Source: Octopus vulgaris (Eukaryota). Taken from it: DNA of 64,000 nt. The notes under the pieces are model-generated. The model was not told where the DNA came from and ran no database searches. It saw only the letters and a list, made by a program, of their open reading frames with translations. Position numbers and translations under genes: made by a program. Positions 12,481 to 25,839 of the stretch are shown one piece after another. Position 1 is the first letter of the stretch; each line of letters opens with the position of its first letter. The stretch is taken from contig OX597815.1 in NCBI GenBank assembly GCA_951406725.2, positions 147,064,001 through 147,128,000 of the forward strand. The letters run 5' to 3'.

Positions 12481-13762
12481 CAATACAAATCAATAAAAAT
12501 AGATAAATTGGTCGAGGCCGTAACGCTTTTTTATCCTTAGACGGTGCCTACGAAAAACATCTAAGGCTAAACAGCAATATCTCGAACATTCCATTTTTAA
12601 TCGTCGACAAATTAAAACTTATCTTGTATTACCTTTAGTTTTCTCTTTTCATTCCTTTTTGTATTTCTCTTTCTCACTCCTTCATTGCTGAAGTTAAGTT
12701 AGGATAATAATCGTGCTAATGACGTCAATCGAAGCAAAAGCACGTGCCCGCAGCTATTCTTTCCCCAGAAAATAAATGCCCTTTTCTCGAAAGGTTTGCC
12801 AACTTTTAAGAATGTTTAATGCTTGAAGTTATCTTTTATGGATTTGGTGTCAATCGTCATCTCGTAAGTGAAACGCATCTTCTGGAGACCTACACAATTA
12901 TATTGAATTAAAAATGAATGCTGTATGAATTATACTATATTCCTATATCTGTCTAAGTAATTAGGAGCTGGATATAAAATTCGCTCGGGTATTTTACTGA
13001 TCACTTGAAGATGAAAGACAGATTCCACCCGGGATTAAATTTCAACTTGGAACACAAAGACAGGCAGTTACTTATCACAACTTAGTCTATCCTAAGCGAA
13101 AACAATTTTAGCATTCATTCTCAGTTTTTCCATAGTATTCAGAAAATCACTCATATTAGTCTTCTTTTTGACCTCCCTTTTTTTCTTTTTCTATAGTCTC
13201 TCGTGTAAATTAGAAACACATGATTTTGTGCAGGCGCAATCGAGAGGAGACAAAATAATCAATTTTGTTCAATTTAGCGGTATACTGGAGTCTGAAAATT
13301 GACATGCTCACAATTTTATAGCTGTTGAGACTTACTGAAAGCTATATGGAGCCTGAAAAATACACAATTTCTTTCAGATGTGTGCAAGAAACTTTGTGTA
13401 ATTGATGCGAGCAAAAATCCTCGTGTAATTGATATTTCCTTCTTGTATGGAAATAGGAATCGTGTTAAGTTTTAGTGACACTGAAGGAAAATGGTATATA
13501 ATTTCCCGAAATTTTAAATTAATTTCACAAAATTCATCTCTCTTCTGAGAAATGTAATCAACTTCGGACATAATGCAATTGTAGATAAACTTAACTATGA
13601 AACAGAGATGTTTTGATTAATGGATAAATATAACTGTAGCGACCAACGGACAAGCGTAATACAATAGGTTTTCCTTGGCGATGAAAATTAATTTCTTGAT
13701 CGGTAGGTGCTTGTCACAGTATAGACATGTATACATACATACATACAGTCAGACAGACAGGC

Positions 13763-13830
<68 letters not shown>

Positions 13831-14505
13831 GATATATTCAAACCGCGAAGTATCAGCGATTTTTCCTGTGCATAGTGTAACGAAAGAAGTAGATAAGAAC
13901 CACACTAATGCCACCAATAGCATTATGAGAGAAGTAAAAGACAGACAAAATGAATAATATATGATGTCAAAAGTGCATAAATGTGTCACTGAAAAGCGTA
14001 GGTATATAAAGCGGGAACGCAATAATCGAAGAAGTGTATGATAAAGAAAAATACAACAATGGACGAAATAGACAAGAATCTAACATTCGAATCCAGCTCA
14101 TTATATAAGAGAAGACAATCTAATTAGAAATGACAGAAGAGCGGAAAAAGAATATATGTGCGACACAGAATTCACGACGTCTGTTTACATGGCATGTCTA
14201 GTGTAAAATGGAAACTGAGAACTGATAGGGAAGAAGAAAAAAATTGCAAATAAAATCTGAGTTACTATGTAGGTTTTTTGGGAAGTGACATATGAAGAGA
14301 AAGAGGTATAAGATGATCTTCCACACATACTTTAGGTTGTTGCGCAACTTGACGAGGTCGAGTTTGACGCCAGATTACTGAGTTATTTAAATTAACTGTT
14401 AGAGAGAGTAAGAGAGAAAGCAAGAGACTGTGCAAAGAGCAGAGAGAAAAATTAGAGCAAGGACTGAATAATGTATTGAGGGTGTGCTGTAACGAGAGCA
14501 AGAGC

Positions 14506-14572
<67 letters not shown>

Positions 14573-14829
14573 GTATTTAAATGTGTAATATTTTAACTTG
14601 CATACAGTTTGTAAATCATCTAATGTGTGTCAAGTTCTTATAAAGCACGCGTGAAGATGACCTTAGTGACACTGAATTGTTGGTTTAATAAGACTGCACT
14701 TTATTTATAATTGAGCCCAATTAAGAAATTTGTATTATGGTCTTTTAATGCAGAGTTTCTAGTGGTAACATATATACTTTTAAAATATATTGATTTCAGA
14801 CATAGGCACAAGGACAGGAATTATGTGGA

Positions 14830-14990
14830 AGGGTATAAGTCGTTTACATCGATCCCAGTGCACAACTGGTACTTATATTATCGACCCACAAAAGATGAAA
14901 GCAAATTCGACCTCAGGACTTAAAACCGGATGAAATACTGCTTTGTATTTTTCCCAGCATGATGTCTATTATGCCAGTTCGTCGCCTTTA
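14830..14990 (-). mobile_element. Decayed SINE fragment (family of 57396-57624)
   Basis: catcgatcccagtgcacaactggtactt..tcgacccacaaaagatgaaagcaaattcgacctc similarity. Confidence 0.6.
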
Positions 14991-15602
14991 TTCGTTTCAA
15001 TAATGCATTGAATGACATTTACTAATTGGTTTGCTTTGATTCTAATATTGTAGTACCTATAAAGGTAAGTTTCAATCTAATCAACTAAGTCTCTACCTGA
15101 AAATTTCTGACCTTGTACCTATAGTGGAAACGAATTGAGTATACGTATCATTTTCAACTACCTAATTTATTTTTGAGGGGAAACCTCATTTACTAGATTA
15201 ATGGAAATGCTATAATCTTTCATAAAGAAAACTATTATGGAAGGTGGTAGAATAATAAACGATCACAGTTTTATTTCAGAGGTGGTGCTGAAGTTTATCC
15301 AGGAGTTTAATTTGCGAAAGGCAATTCTTCATTTTAAACCCGAATTTTAAGTTGGAGGTTAATTCAAGGAATCACTCTCCAAAGAAGAATGTTTCCAGTG
15401 CATATGCTAAATAAGCTGTTTTGTTTGTACGATGTGTTTTTCCCCAAAAATTTTTGCTGTCGTATTGTAGGGAAATTCACCGTAAGATATAAGAGAGAGA
15501 TATTTTCCTATGTCGGTTCACAGTTCGGTTCACTGAGCATGAGTGTAAAGAATTCCAGAACAGTTTTTGGTATATAAACAGGGAAACAAGACGCAATACA
15601 TG

Positions 15603-15636
<34 letters not shown>

Positions 15637-15641
<5 letters not shown>

Positions 15642-16063
15642 ATGATAAATATCAGAGTGAGTTATCAACAGTAGCAGAAACACATCGTGATGTAAATATG
15701 CCATTTGAATATGGCTAACCCCTAAGGGTGGATGCTACTGTAGTTTTTAGCCCGAGGAAGACATCTCCTCCAGCTGGCTATAGACACACTTTCTGTGCCC
15801 TATTAGTATTTGCAAAGGGAAGCCATCATGCCCGTCTTCAACTTATGATACACACGGGCCCGAGTTTCAAGGTATTGACCTATCATCAGCGTGTGACAAT
15901 CACAGTTGTCGATAGGAAGGAGGTTCTCTTTACAAATACATATACTTTTTCCAGTGTTCAGTGACACTGATATTGAAAAAGTGAAATCAAACAATGATAA
16001 ATATCAGAGTGAGTTATCAACAGTAGCAGAAACACATCGTGATGTAAATATGCCATTTGAATA
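15637..16063 (-). mobile_element. Hammerhead-bearing element (family E), 352-bp unit with 75-bp terminal direct repeat
   Basis: 15637-15711 repeated at 15989-16063; abuts (TA)n on the left; HHR inside. Confidence 0.8.
15851..15895 (-). ncRNA. Minimal hammerhead ribozyme (family E), cleavage triplet mutated
   Basis: Minus: CACACG-CUGAUGA-U-AGGU CAAU ACCU-U-GAAA-CUCGGG-CC-CGUGUG; the U of NUH is replaced by C. Confidence 0.8.
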
Positions 16064-16285
16064 AGAATTTTTTGTGTAATAAAATATAAAACTAAGGCTG
16101 TATAGATACTAGAGCATTTATAGATAGAAGGTCTTACAGCTGTTTCTAGGATATTTATTAATAATGTCTCCGATGAAGGGATATTATTAATAAATATCTT
16201 AGAAACAGCTGTAGGACATTCTATCTATAAAGGCTCTAATACGTATACAGCCTTGATTTTATATCTTAGTACACAAAAAGTTCTT
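16064..16285. repeat. About 220-bp imperfect palindrome built from a hammerhead-bearing element (family F)
   Basis: aagaattttttgtgta..aaggctgtata..cagctgtttctaggatattt versus aaatatcttagaaacagctg..tatacagcctt..tacacaaaaagttctt. Confidence 0.85.
16163..16220 (+). ncRNA. Minimal hammerhead ribozyme (family F), CCGAUGA core variant
   Basis: aatgtct ccgatga agggatatt-attaata-aatatctta gaaa cagctg ta ggacatt. Confidence 0.75.
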
Positions 16286-16290
16286 AAATG

Positions 16291-16369
<79 letters not shown>

Positions 16370-16989
16370 AATCGACTAAAATTTAAAAAAGAAAATATAC
16401 GTATACATACATATAAATATCACATGATCACGTGATCAACCAGATTATCTGATGCCCTTATATATCGCTATCACTATGCGCTCTGCATCGTTTAGCTTTC
16501 GAATGATGCCTCCCAGGCAAAGAGGCCAACAGCGAAAAGCTATTCCATCGCAAGATTACCCATTTTCAGCTAAGTGGGTTGGAAAAACATAGAATAAAGC
16601 GTTTTCTAGAACACAGAGTGCCACGATCTAGTGATTGTGCTGACAATGCCCTAACCTTTAAACACCGCGCTTTCACACATATGCATATACGTATATATAT
16701 ATATATATGTATAATATATATAAATCCATGAATGAACGCCTAATGTCATTAGAGTCTCGCACCTATGTGTTTATAGGAAAATATGCATACATATTGTATT
16801 TCTTTTGACACAATATTCATGTGTATTCAGGCTGTATGTTCACCTTTATGTTTCCACTTATGTTAACTGATCCATGTGCATAACAGAATATACATATCTA
16901 ATTCTACAACTTTTGAAATTTTTTCCAGATGTGAATACTTTCCTTTGCGAAATATATCAGGCTTAGTGCTCAGAGTGTTATGTGTGTGC

Positions 16990-17048
<59 letters not shown>

Positions 17049-17116
17049 TAAAGATAGACACCATCGCGTACCAAGCAAGCCAGCACAATGCTGTTTGCTT
17101 TCCTATTGACGCATTC

Positions 17117-17154
17117 ATGCTCGGATAGCCCAAAAGAAAGGGCTATCCGAGCAT
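17117..17154. repeat. Perfect 15-bp hairpin just upstream of the family G hammerhead
   Basis: atgctcggatagccc-aaaagaaa-gggctatccgagcat. Confidence 0.85.
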
Positions 17155-17167
17155 TATGTATATATAT

Positions 17168-17252
17168 TTATTCCCCCTGACGACGGAGGTATTATCTGGA
17201 TGCACCCTAGTGCTTTAAACATAATACACCACTGAAATGGCCATAGGGATAA
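17168..17252 (+). ncRNA. Type I hammerhead ribozyme (family G) in an AT-rich insert (about 17043-17610)
   Basis: ttattccc(c) ctgacga c ggaggtattat..ataatacacc act gaaa tggcca ta gggataa; AUA triplet. Confidence 0.8.
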
Positions 17253-17700
17253 GTAAATATGGTTCCCTTTTTAACTATAAGGTTTCTTTTACTTGAATAA
17301 TTATTTAATAAGATTTCTAAACGATGAACTTTTATTTTATTTACATGATATATATTATATATTTTTTATATGCTCCTATATGTATATATATATATATTTT
17401 ATATATTTTTATATACCTATATATTTTTATATATTACTTTATATTATATTTTTACTTTCTAGGTGTTGTAATGTTTTTTTAAAAAAAATGTATTTTTCTG
17501 TATCGCTAAAGTATTAACTCTAAACTGTGAAAAATTTTTTTTGTCGCACCTTATTATTATTATTTGCTTGTATGCTTGTACAGATGAATTATGTTCCATC
17601 TTGCGGGATGTTTATATGTATATTATATGATTAAATGTTCGAATTATGAAGTGATATGCGGATGAGCTTGCATTTGTTCGTTCAATAACTTTAGTTTGAT

Positions 17701-17827
<127 letters not shown>

Positions 17828-17861
17828 ACTATATGATCGAACACCACGCATCCATTTCCAA

Positions 17862-17898
<37 letters not shown>

Positions 17899-18520
17899 TA
17901 TATATATAACAAACGATGGATAAGTCACAATTAATTACCTTTATTTCCAAGAAATTATTTAATTGATTAATGAGTACATTTTATCATTATAAGAGACCGT
18001 TTTCTTCAGATGGATACGCGAAGTATAGTGTTAAGAACATTTAAAATCATTTAAAGTCCACGGCATATGCATATTGTGTGATTCTAAGTACATCGCTGAT
18101 CGCAGATTATATATATAAATGTATCTGTGTGTGAGTGTGTGCGTCAGGTTATGTGTACGTGCGCGTGAGATTGTGTGTGGGATTGTATGTGTGTATACAT
18201 ACATAGATGTGTGTATGTGATTATGTGTGTGTACAAATGTGGTCTATAAACTGTAATGCATTAAAGAATCATGCTCTGCTCCAACATTTCGATATTCATC
18301 TACTTTGGGCGATAACTCATTTATCAGAACATGGAACATTTTCCATTCTATAGTCCACTCTACAGAACAAAAAGATTGAAAGTAAATTATTGTTCTAATC
18401 ATGTGACAAGCATTTCTGCACATATACGCGTGCGTACATACTTAGATAGTTAAAAATATATATATACAGAGAAAGCGACAAACTGATATGTATAAATACA
18501 AGAATATAATATAATATATA

Positions 18521-19016
18521 TGTGTGTGTGTGAATATGTATCTTCATGAATACTATTGATACAAACACACACATACACACACACACACAAACGTGGCCTT
18601 GTGTCAAGAAGCTTGCTTCCCAACCACTTGATTCCAAGTTCAGCTCTACTATAGCCTCAGGCCGACTGAATCCTTTAGAGAGGAATTGGGTGATAGAATC
18701 TGAAAGAACCCGTCGTATATATATATATATATATATGTATACATATATACATGTGCTTGAGTGTGTGTGTGTGTGTGTGATCATCCCCACCACTATCACT
18801 TGAAAACCGGTCCTCATAGAACAACTGCCAGGCCTTATAGAACAGATATATTTATCAGTGCGCGCGCACGTGTGTTGCCTGTACACCTTGTGCTGAAGAG
18901 TGACATCTCAGAGTGACGCTCTTGTGCAAGCGTCTGTTCAGCAAGGCCTGGCAGTTGTTCTATGAGCACCGGTTTTCAAGTGATAGTGGTGTGGATGATC
19001 ACACACACACAAACAC

Positions 19017-19078
<62 letters not shown>

Positions 19079-19264
19079 GACGGGTTCTTTCAGATTCTAT
19101 CACCCAAATCCTCTCTAAAGGATTCAGTCGGCCTGAGGCTATAGTAGAGCTGAACTTGGAACCAAGTGGTTGGGAAGCAAGCTTCTTAATACAAGGCTAC
19201 TTTTGTGTGTGTGTGTGTGTTTGTATCAATAGTATTCATGAAGATACATATTCACACACACACA
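18521..19264. repeat. Inverted duplication of a deleted SINE plus its flank (arms about 325 bp, spacer about 86 bp)
   Basis: 18521-18846 is the reverse complement of 18933-19264; both arms share the same internal SINE deletion and non-SINE flank. Confidence 0.9.
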
Positions 19265-19666
19265 CACACTCACACACTTACACACTTGCACACACACACA
19301 CACTTGTACACACACACACACTTGCACACGCACACACTTGCACACACACACACACACACTTATATAACACATATGCCCAGCCCTGATTATGAGCATCCAC
19401 CCATTCAGTAGTTTCAAATAAAATATCCTGATAAACTATACGCATGCGTGATTATTTTGTTTGCACCAGCTAACTGAGCGAATCTCGCAACACACTTAAA
19501 ACATTTCATGCGTATTTTGAATATCAATATTATTCCTTTCAAGTGGATGTATGTGATTGAAAATTGTCTGTGTGTGTATACATATGTGTATGTTTCTGAG
19601 TATGTTTATAAATGTTGTAGAGTGTGGATGAAGGACAATGATTATATACATCGTATGTCTAAATGT

Positions 19667-19738
<72 letters not shown>

Positions 19739-20014
19739 TATGAATCACTCGTTTAGAGTCGTGCGTCGATAAGAGTGTCTGTGGGTATAGGTCTTGTGCA
19801 GAACAAACGCAATCGATAATGACCTTCTATCCTCATGAATGTCTCTCGTGCTCAAGGATAATTATGTGTGTGGTACCAAGGAAGCTGAGTGAAATTGAGT
19901 ACACACAAAAAAGGAGGATACAACTCAGTACAACAGAATGAATATAGAGTGTAGTAAACACCGACACACATATATATAGATATCTATATATAAATACATG
20001 CATACATACATACA

Positions 20015-20042
20015 AAGAAATTGACTCTCCCCAGACACAACA

Positions 20043-20081
<39 letters not shown>

Positions 20082-20112
20082 TACTGTTGTGTCTGGGGAG
20101 AGTCAATTTCTT
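20015..20112. repeat. Inverted 34-bp element termini enclosing a (TA)n tract
   Basis: aagaaattgactctccccagacacaacagtatat (TA)n atatactgttgtgtctggggagagtcaatttctt; same terminus at 52459. Confidence 0.85.
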
Positions 20113-21358
20113 ATGTGCGTCGATAAGAGTGTGCAACATTTTCAATAGCCTTGACTCTGTCCGGTATTTACACTGCGCTCCCTTTTGTTTCTTTGTGCAC
20201 ATGTGTGTGGGTCAGTGTATGTGTGTGTGTCTGTGCCTATGCATGCATGTACGTATGTATGTGTGTATGTATGTATATATGTGTGTGTATGCATATGTAT
20301 ATATGTATGTGTGTGCATCTCTATGTATGTATCCTGCATATTTATGTGCTTGCATGTCCGTGTTTGTATATTTTCTATGTATGTGTGTGAGCATGTGTTT
20401 GTACATGTATGCACCTCTGACTCTTTGTGTGTGCATGTGTTATGCAACTATATACCATGTTTGTATATGTGGATGTGCATCTTTATATGTGAGAGTCCGT
20501 GTCTCCATATGTGTCCTAGTGTGGAGTAAAGTGTGTGTATACATGGTGATGTGTTTCAGTTTCCATTTGCGTATGTGTGCTTGTCTGTTTTTATAACCTA
20601 TGTACCTATCCGTCTGTATGTTGATCTATTTATTTTCATATATATATGCTTACAAACACAACAAATGTGCATACACACACACTCCCCCAACACACACAAC
20701 AAATGTGCATACACACACACTCCCCCAACACACATACATACATACATCTAACAGTCCACTAATTATTCTTTTCTACCTGTGTAAACTGTGGGTATGGAGG
20801 CATGGTATCTACTATGTATATTTCCTATTTAGTATTGGAGAGGTTTCATTTATAAGGACGTACTCCCGTTTTTGTATGAGTGCTGGGTCTTTTGGGTACT
20901 TGGATAAGATGCAGATGTCAAGTTGACCCAAGTCACTTCCATGGTATTCTTTGGCATGTTGGTAGAGTATGGAGGACTGTTTTCTCTCGTCATATTATAT
21001 TAGATGTTCATTTATCCGTTCCGCAACGCTCCTAAGAGCATTGCGGAAAGAATAAAACACAAACATGAACCCAGAAACGCATGAATATGTAATACATTTA
21101 ATCATACACACAAACATAGATGCATATACACACACATACACGAATCCATGCATACATATGTGTATACACATGCACACTGACGCACACACACGCGTACAAA
21201 CAAACAGATAGAACGCAGCTCTGATAACAGAGAGACTCAATGACTACTGAAAAGTTTGCAAGATCCTATGAAAATTTCAGTAAAAATAAATAACTAAATG
21301 AGAGGAAATTGAGCCGGTGAGTGTCTTAAACAATGAACACAATAGAATAAGCTTGAAG

Positions 21359-21423
<65 letters not shown>

Positions 21424-23070
21424 TGAAAAGGAAAATTTCCCTTGCATTTGAAAACTTTGGAAATATTTAAAAAAATAAAACATTTCATTTGATTTTTCCA
21501 TAATTTAATTGTTTTTCATGCCTTGCTCTAAGTTGAAAGGGTCGGAAAGTCTGAAACCGGTACTGAAATGTTCTTCAGGATAAAATTATTTTAGAATTTT
21601 CTACCTGGTCTTATTTTCCTTATATGATAAGGAATCTTCTTTTCTGTCGAGGTCTTATATGCCCCTTTATTAGACTACTTTCCTTAGTCATTGTTTTAAG
21701 CTTATATAAAAAATATTATTATTTACAGGATTGTAAACTTGGTCTCCTATAAAAAAAAACCACTGTTACCGAAATATATATATATACACACAGAAAAGCT
21801 TTGTCGACGAAAAAACACAACACTGTGTGTCGTAAACGAATTCAGAAGTTTGATGAGAAGACCATCGCAGAAGTAGGATTACAGGAAATTTTATCTTCAT
21901 AAGGATAGATATATGACGAGCGGATATGAAAAACGCAAGTCAAGATTCGTCCTGGAAATAGACTGAATGAGACAAAATCCAAGAGGACGAGAAACAGAAA
22001 CTGAAAAGAGAGAAAAAAGACCTAAAAGAGAAAAAGAAAACCTGTATGAGGGTCAATATCTATTAATTCTGATACTAAAGTTATAGATTGCTTAAGGGTG
22101 GTGACTGCTGTTTCAAATAGCAATAAATCCTTGCGTTATTTTATTCAAGATTTTTAATAGTCAAATTCTAATGAATATTCCGTTTTTTCCAACAAACATT
22201 GTCGAACAATTTGTCGCATGATAAATATATTTCGAATATTCTTATAGAAATATTTTGCTTTAATTTACGCAAATTGTATTTGTATGTATATGTATGTATA
22301 CGCACACACATATACACACACATTAAGATAGATAGGTGCATAGATAGACTGATTCTCAGATAGATAGATAATAACGAGAGCAGTATGATAGAATTGAGAG
22401 TACACACTCACACACATTCAGACATGCGCACGCACACACATATGTATGCGTGTGTCTGTATGTACTACGTATGCAAGGAGGAAAATAGTATAAACTACTT
22501 GAATTCATTACATATTCTTTCATTTCTTTCTAACTTTGTATTAGTGAAAAGCTACGTATAATGTTCTATAAAGAGGTACGTGTGCATAAATCTTCGTTGT
22601 TCAGCGACTTGAAGCCTCACCACATTAGCTGGCAACAATTCATGCAATATAGTTGTTAGCTATGCTGCTTCAAATACACACTGGAACCTATAGAAACAGT
22701 TAACGTAAATATTAATACTACGTTGATTAAAATGAACGCAGCAAAGTTTTAGACGAGTATAACTTGTGAAATAACTGATTTTCTAGAAAGGTTTATAAAT
22801 TGGAAGGTTGCCAAGAATAATTATTATATGAATTAATAAATATATTCAGCAAAATTATATCATACATAAATAAGCTCAAATTAGTGTTTCCAAAACTGCG
22901 TTTGCATGTAGGCGTGTATTTACACATTTGTAAGATTGTTGGTATTTAATGTATATATGTTTAGGCGAATATGCCTACGCATATGAAAAACTTCATGTAT
23001 ACAGTAACACAAACACTCACACGCAAATACATATATAAATACATTTTGTTTGTACATATATACATATATA

Positions 23071-23124
<54 letters not shown>

Positions 23125-23214
23125 TTGGCAGTCATATGTACATGAATGTGAACACATATTTATGTCTATATATGAATTTATATCTACATATATATTATGC
23201 AGTTACATACATAC

Positions 23215-23285
<71 letters not shown>

Positions 23286-23439
23286 TGTGTGTGTGTGTGT
23301 GTGTGTGCGTGCGTGTGTGTGTATTGAATAATACACACATAGTAACATACGTTATAATGACAATAATATTACTACGTACTTCTGAAGTTAAAATGTAGAC
23401 ATATACTTCAATATTCTGCTATAGTGATAACAAATTACT

Positions 23440-23767
23440 TTACAATACTAAACCATACTGATACGATTATTATTATTATTCAGTAGTTTTATTTTTATGG
23501 CGGGCATTCACTTCACTACCGAGCGCAGCTCTGTGTGCCTTGGGTATGTGCTGTGATTTGTTGTGATGCTCTGATGGTTATTGTATGGAAAGTGACATCC
23601 TACGCAGAACACTTTCCATACAATAACCATCAGAGCATCACAACAAATTACAGCACATACCCAAGGCACACAGAGGTGCGCTCGGTAGTGAAGTGAATCC
23701 ACTATATAAAAATAAAACTACTGAATAATAATAATAATAATCGTAACAGTATGGTTTATTATTGTAA
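23440..23767. repeat. About 330-bp palindrome made from the 3' end of an R4/Dong-like LINE, its (TAA)n tail and flank
   Basis: Arms 23440-23594 and 23610-23767, 15-nt loop; plus strand reads ILRRTLSIQ* then 3'UTR and (taa)n. Confidence 0.85.
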
Positions 23768-23769
<2 letters not shown>

Positions 23770-23814
<45 letters not shown>

Positions 23815-24117
23815 GTATTATTTCTTTTTATCACATGTTTTCTTGGAGCACCAGGAGTCTTGCATGCGTAGCGGGCTTGCTACATGCACCTTACAGTATA
23901 ATGCTGTTCGCTGTTTTTAGCTATTTAATACTTTCCTGATTATCCTGACCGCGCCAAGGAGGGAAAACGTTTGTAACATTTCTACTGGGCGCTCTATTCC
24001 AATTTTCTTGATATTTCTATTGATGACTTCTAATACTGTTCACTAGGATCCAATACTACTTGATACTTCACGTTCTTCATTGTCCATAGCCATGGTATTT
24101 CGTACTTAAGAGGGTTG

Positions 24118-24187
<70 letters not shown>

Positions 24188-24228
24188 CCTGTCTCTCTGT
24201 CTGTCTGCCTGTCTGCCTGCCTGCCTGC

Positions 24229-24266
<38 letters not shown>

Positions 24267-25120
24267 TTTCGACTTTCTTCTTGATTATTCGTTGTTGAAA
24301 GGGACATGCATCATCAAATATATAGCATATGTGGTGCATCTTGTCGACCACCACTAGGTCCGGTCTGTTATGATGTTGTGCCTGATCTATTTGGATTGGG
24401 AAATTTCCAGAGGGTCTTGCAAGTCTCCGACTCCATCACTCTTTGCTGCTTCTGCTAATACCACGTCTTGCCTCTCACTAGCTCCCACTTTTTGCACAGT
24501 TTCCAAAGTAGCACTTTCGCTACCTAATCGTGTCGCTATAACTTGTAGTGGTTTTCGGCAAGTCTAGGGAATTTGATGGTGATATGAGCAATTGTTTCAT
24601 CTACTCTGTCACAGATGCGGCACAGCGGAGACACTTGCTCATTCCAAAAATTCAACCTTCCAGTACGTTGCCACAGCTTGATCCTGCACTGCCAGTATAG
24701 TTCTCATGGTCTCCTTTTTTTAGTATTCTTTTCTACAGTAGATCCCACCTAATTTTCCAGCAAATTCTCTTGTGGCTAGATGGAATTTGTCGTGTAGTCC
24801 CTCGTTGCGTAAGACTTCTTCGTGTTCTGTTTGTACTTCCTTCGTTTTTCCTTTTTTCTGTTTACAACACTCCTTCGTTCCTAACTGACAGTAGCAAGGT
24901 TTCCTTACTCTGGGCTAGGTATCTCATTAAGCTCTCGTGTTCGATGCATACACAGTCTGCAAATACATATATAAATACATTTTGTTTGTACATATATATA
25001 TATATATTTCAGACCTTTTCCTCCAGTTTCTCTCTTCATGTATAAGTGACCAGTGTCTGCACGTGGATGATGGGCTCCATGCCTCGTTAGGAGCTTTCTT
25101 GACTTCCTGTCCATTTCCAT
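23770..25120 (-). mobile_element. 5'-truncated decayed R4/Dong-like (RLE endonuclease) LINE ending in (TAA)n
   Basis: Minus-strand peptides: MDRKSRKLLTRHGAHHPRADTGHLYMKRETGGKGL; KKET..ILAVQDQAVAT; PLCRICDRVDETIAHI; [20 protein letters not shown]; LLGAVRIIRKVLNS*; interrupted by (TATC)n at about 24115-24265. Confidence 0.85.
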
Positions 25121-25389
25121 TATTTCCTTCTCTGTCGATTCCAGGATTCCAGAGCCTTACCGAACTACTGCGACTGCGCGCAAATTTATTGCCAAAATTA
25201 TGTATCGGGCATTCAGTTTTCAAGCCAATATTTTTCGCACTCGCCGCACAGCAGTGCATGTCGTCAAAGTGATACTGGGGTGCAAATATACGAAACTCAA
25301 TCATAACTTTCCATCGAAACTACCAGACACATGCAACGAAAACATATGTGCGTAACATAGTAATCTCACATCAAGATAAACAGAGCAGG

Positions 25390-25720
25390 TGGGGGTCCAG
25401 TTATAATTTTCTTGAGGTCGAGTAGCCCGTCCTGCATGAATAAGGTTAGTTTAAAGATGATGAATAAAACATCAATGATTCCAGAGATTAATTATTCAAC
25501 CCCCAAAACTCAACATATGGCTATGATGTTTTCCCACTTCTCTTTCTCGTGATCAGAGATGCACATATCGGCAGCCATTCGGGGATGTGCTCACTTGGTT
25601 AATGTCAAGTAAATGGAATGCAAATCTGCGGTATTGAGCAGAATATTTACTGTAGCCCGTTTTTACGCGAAGTCGAAACACGTACATGATAAGACTTCCA
25701 TTCAGTTAAGATCAGTTTTT
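25390..25720 (-). repeat. Decayed copy of the 28840-29220 repeat family
   Basis: Shared ggggtccagtt..ggtcgagta..tgaataagg..ctcgtgatcagagatgc.catatc. Confidence 0.65.
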
Positions 25721-25777
25721 GTTATTGTTGTTGTTATTACTATTATCATTCTTATATTGTTGTTGTTGTTGTTGTTG

Positions 25778-25839
<62 letters not shown>

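Noticed and set aside
20658-20735. 39-bp tandem duplication
   Set aside because: Ordinary slippage in CA-rich sequence
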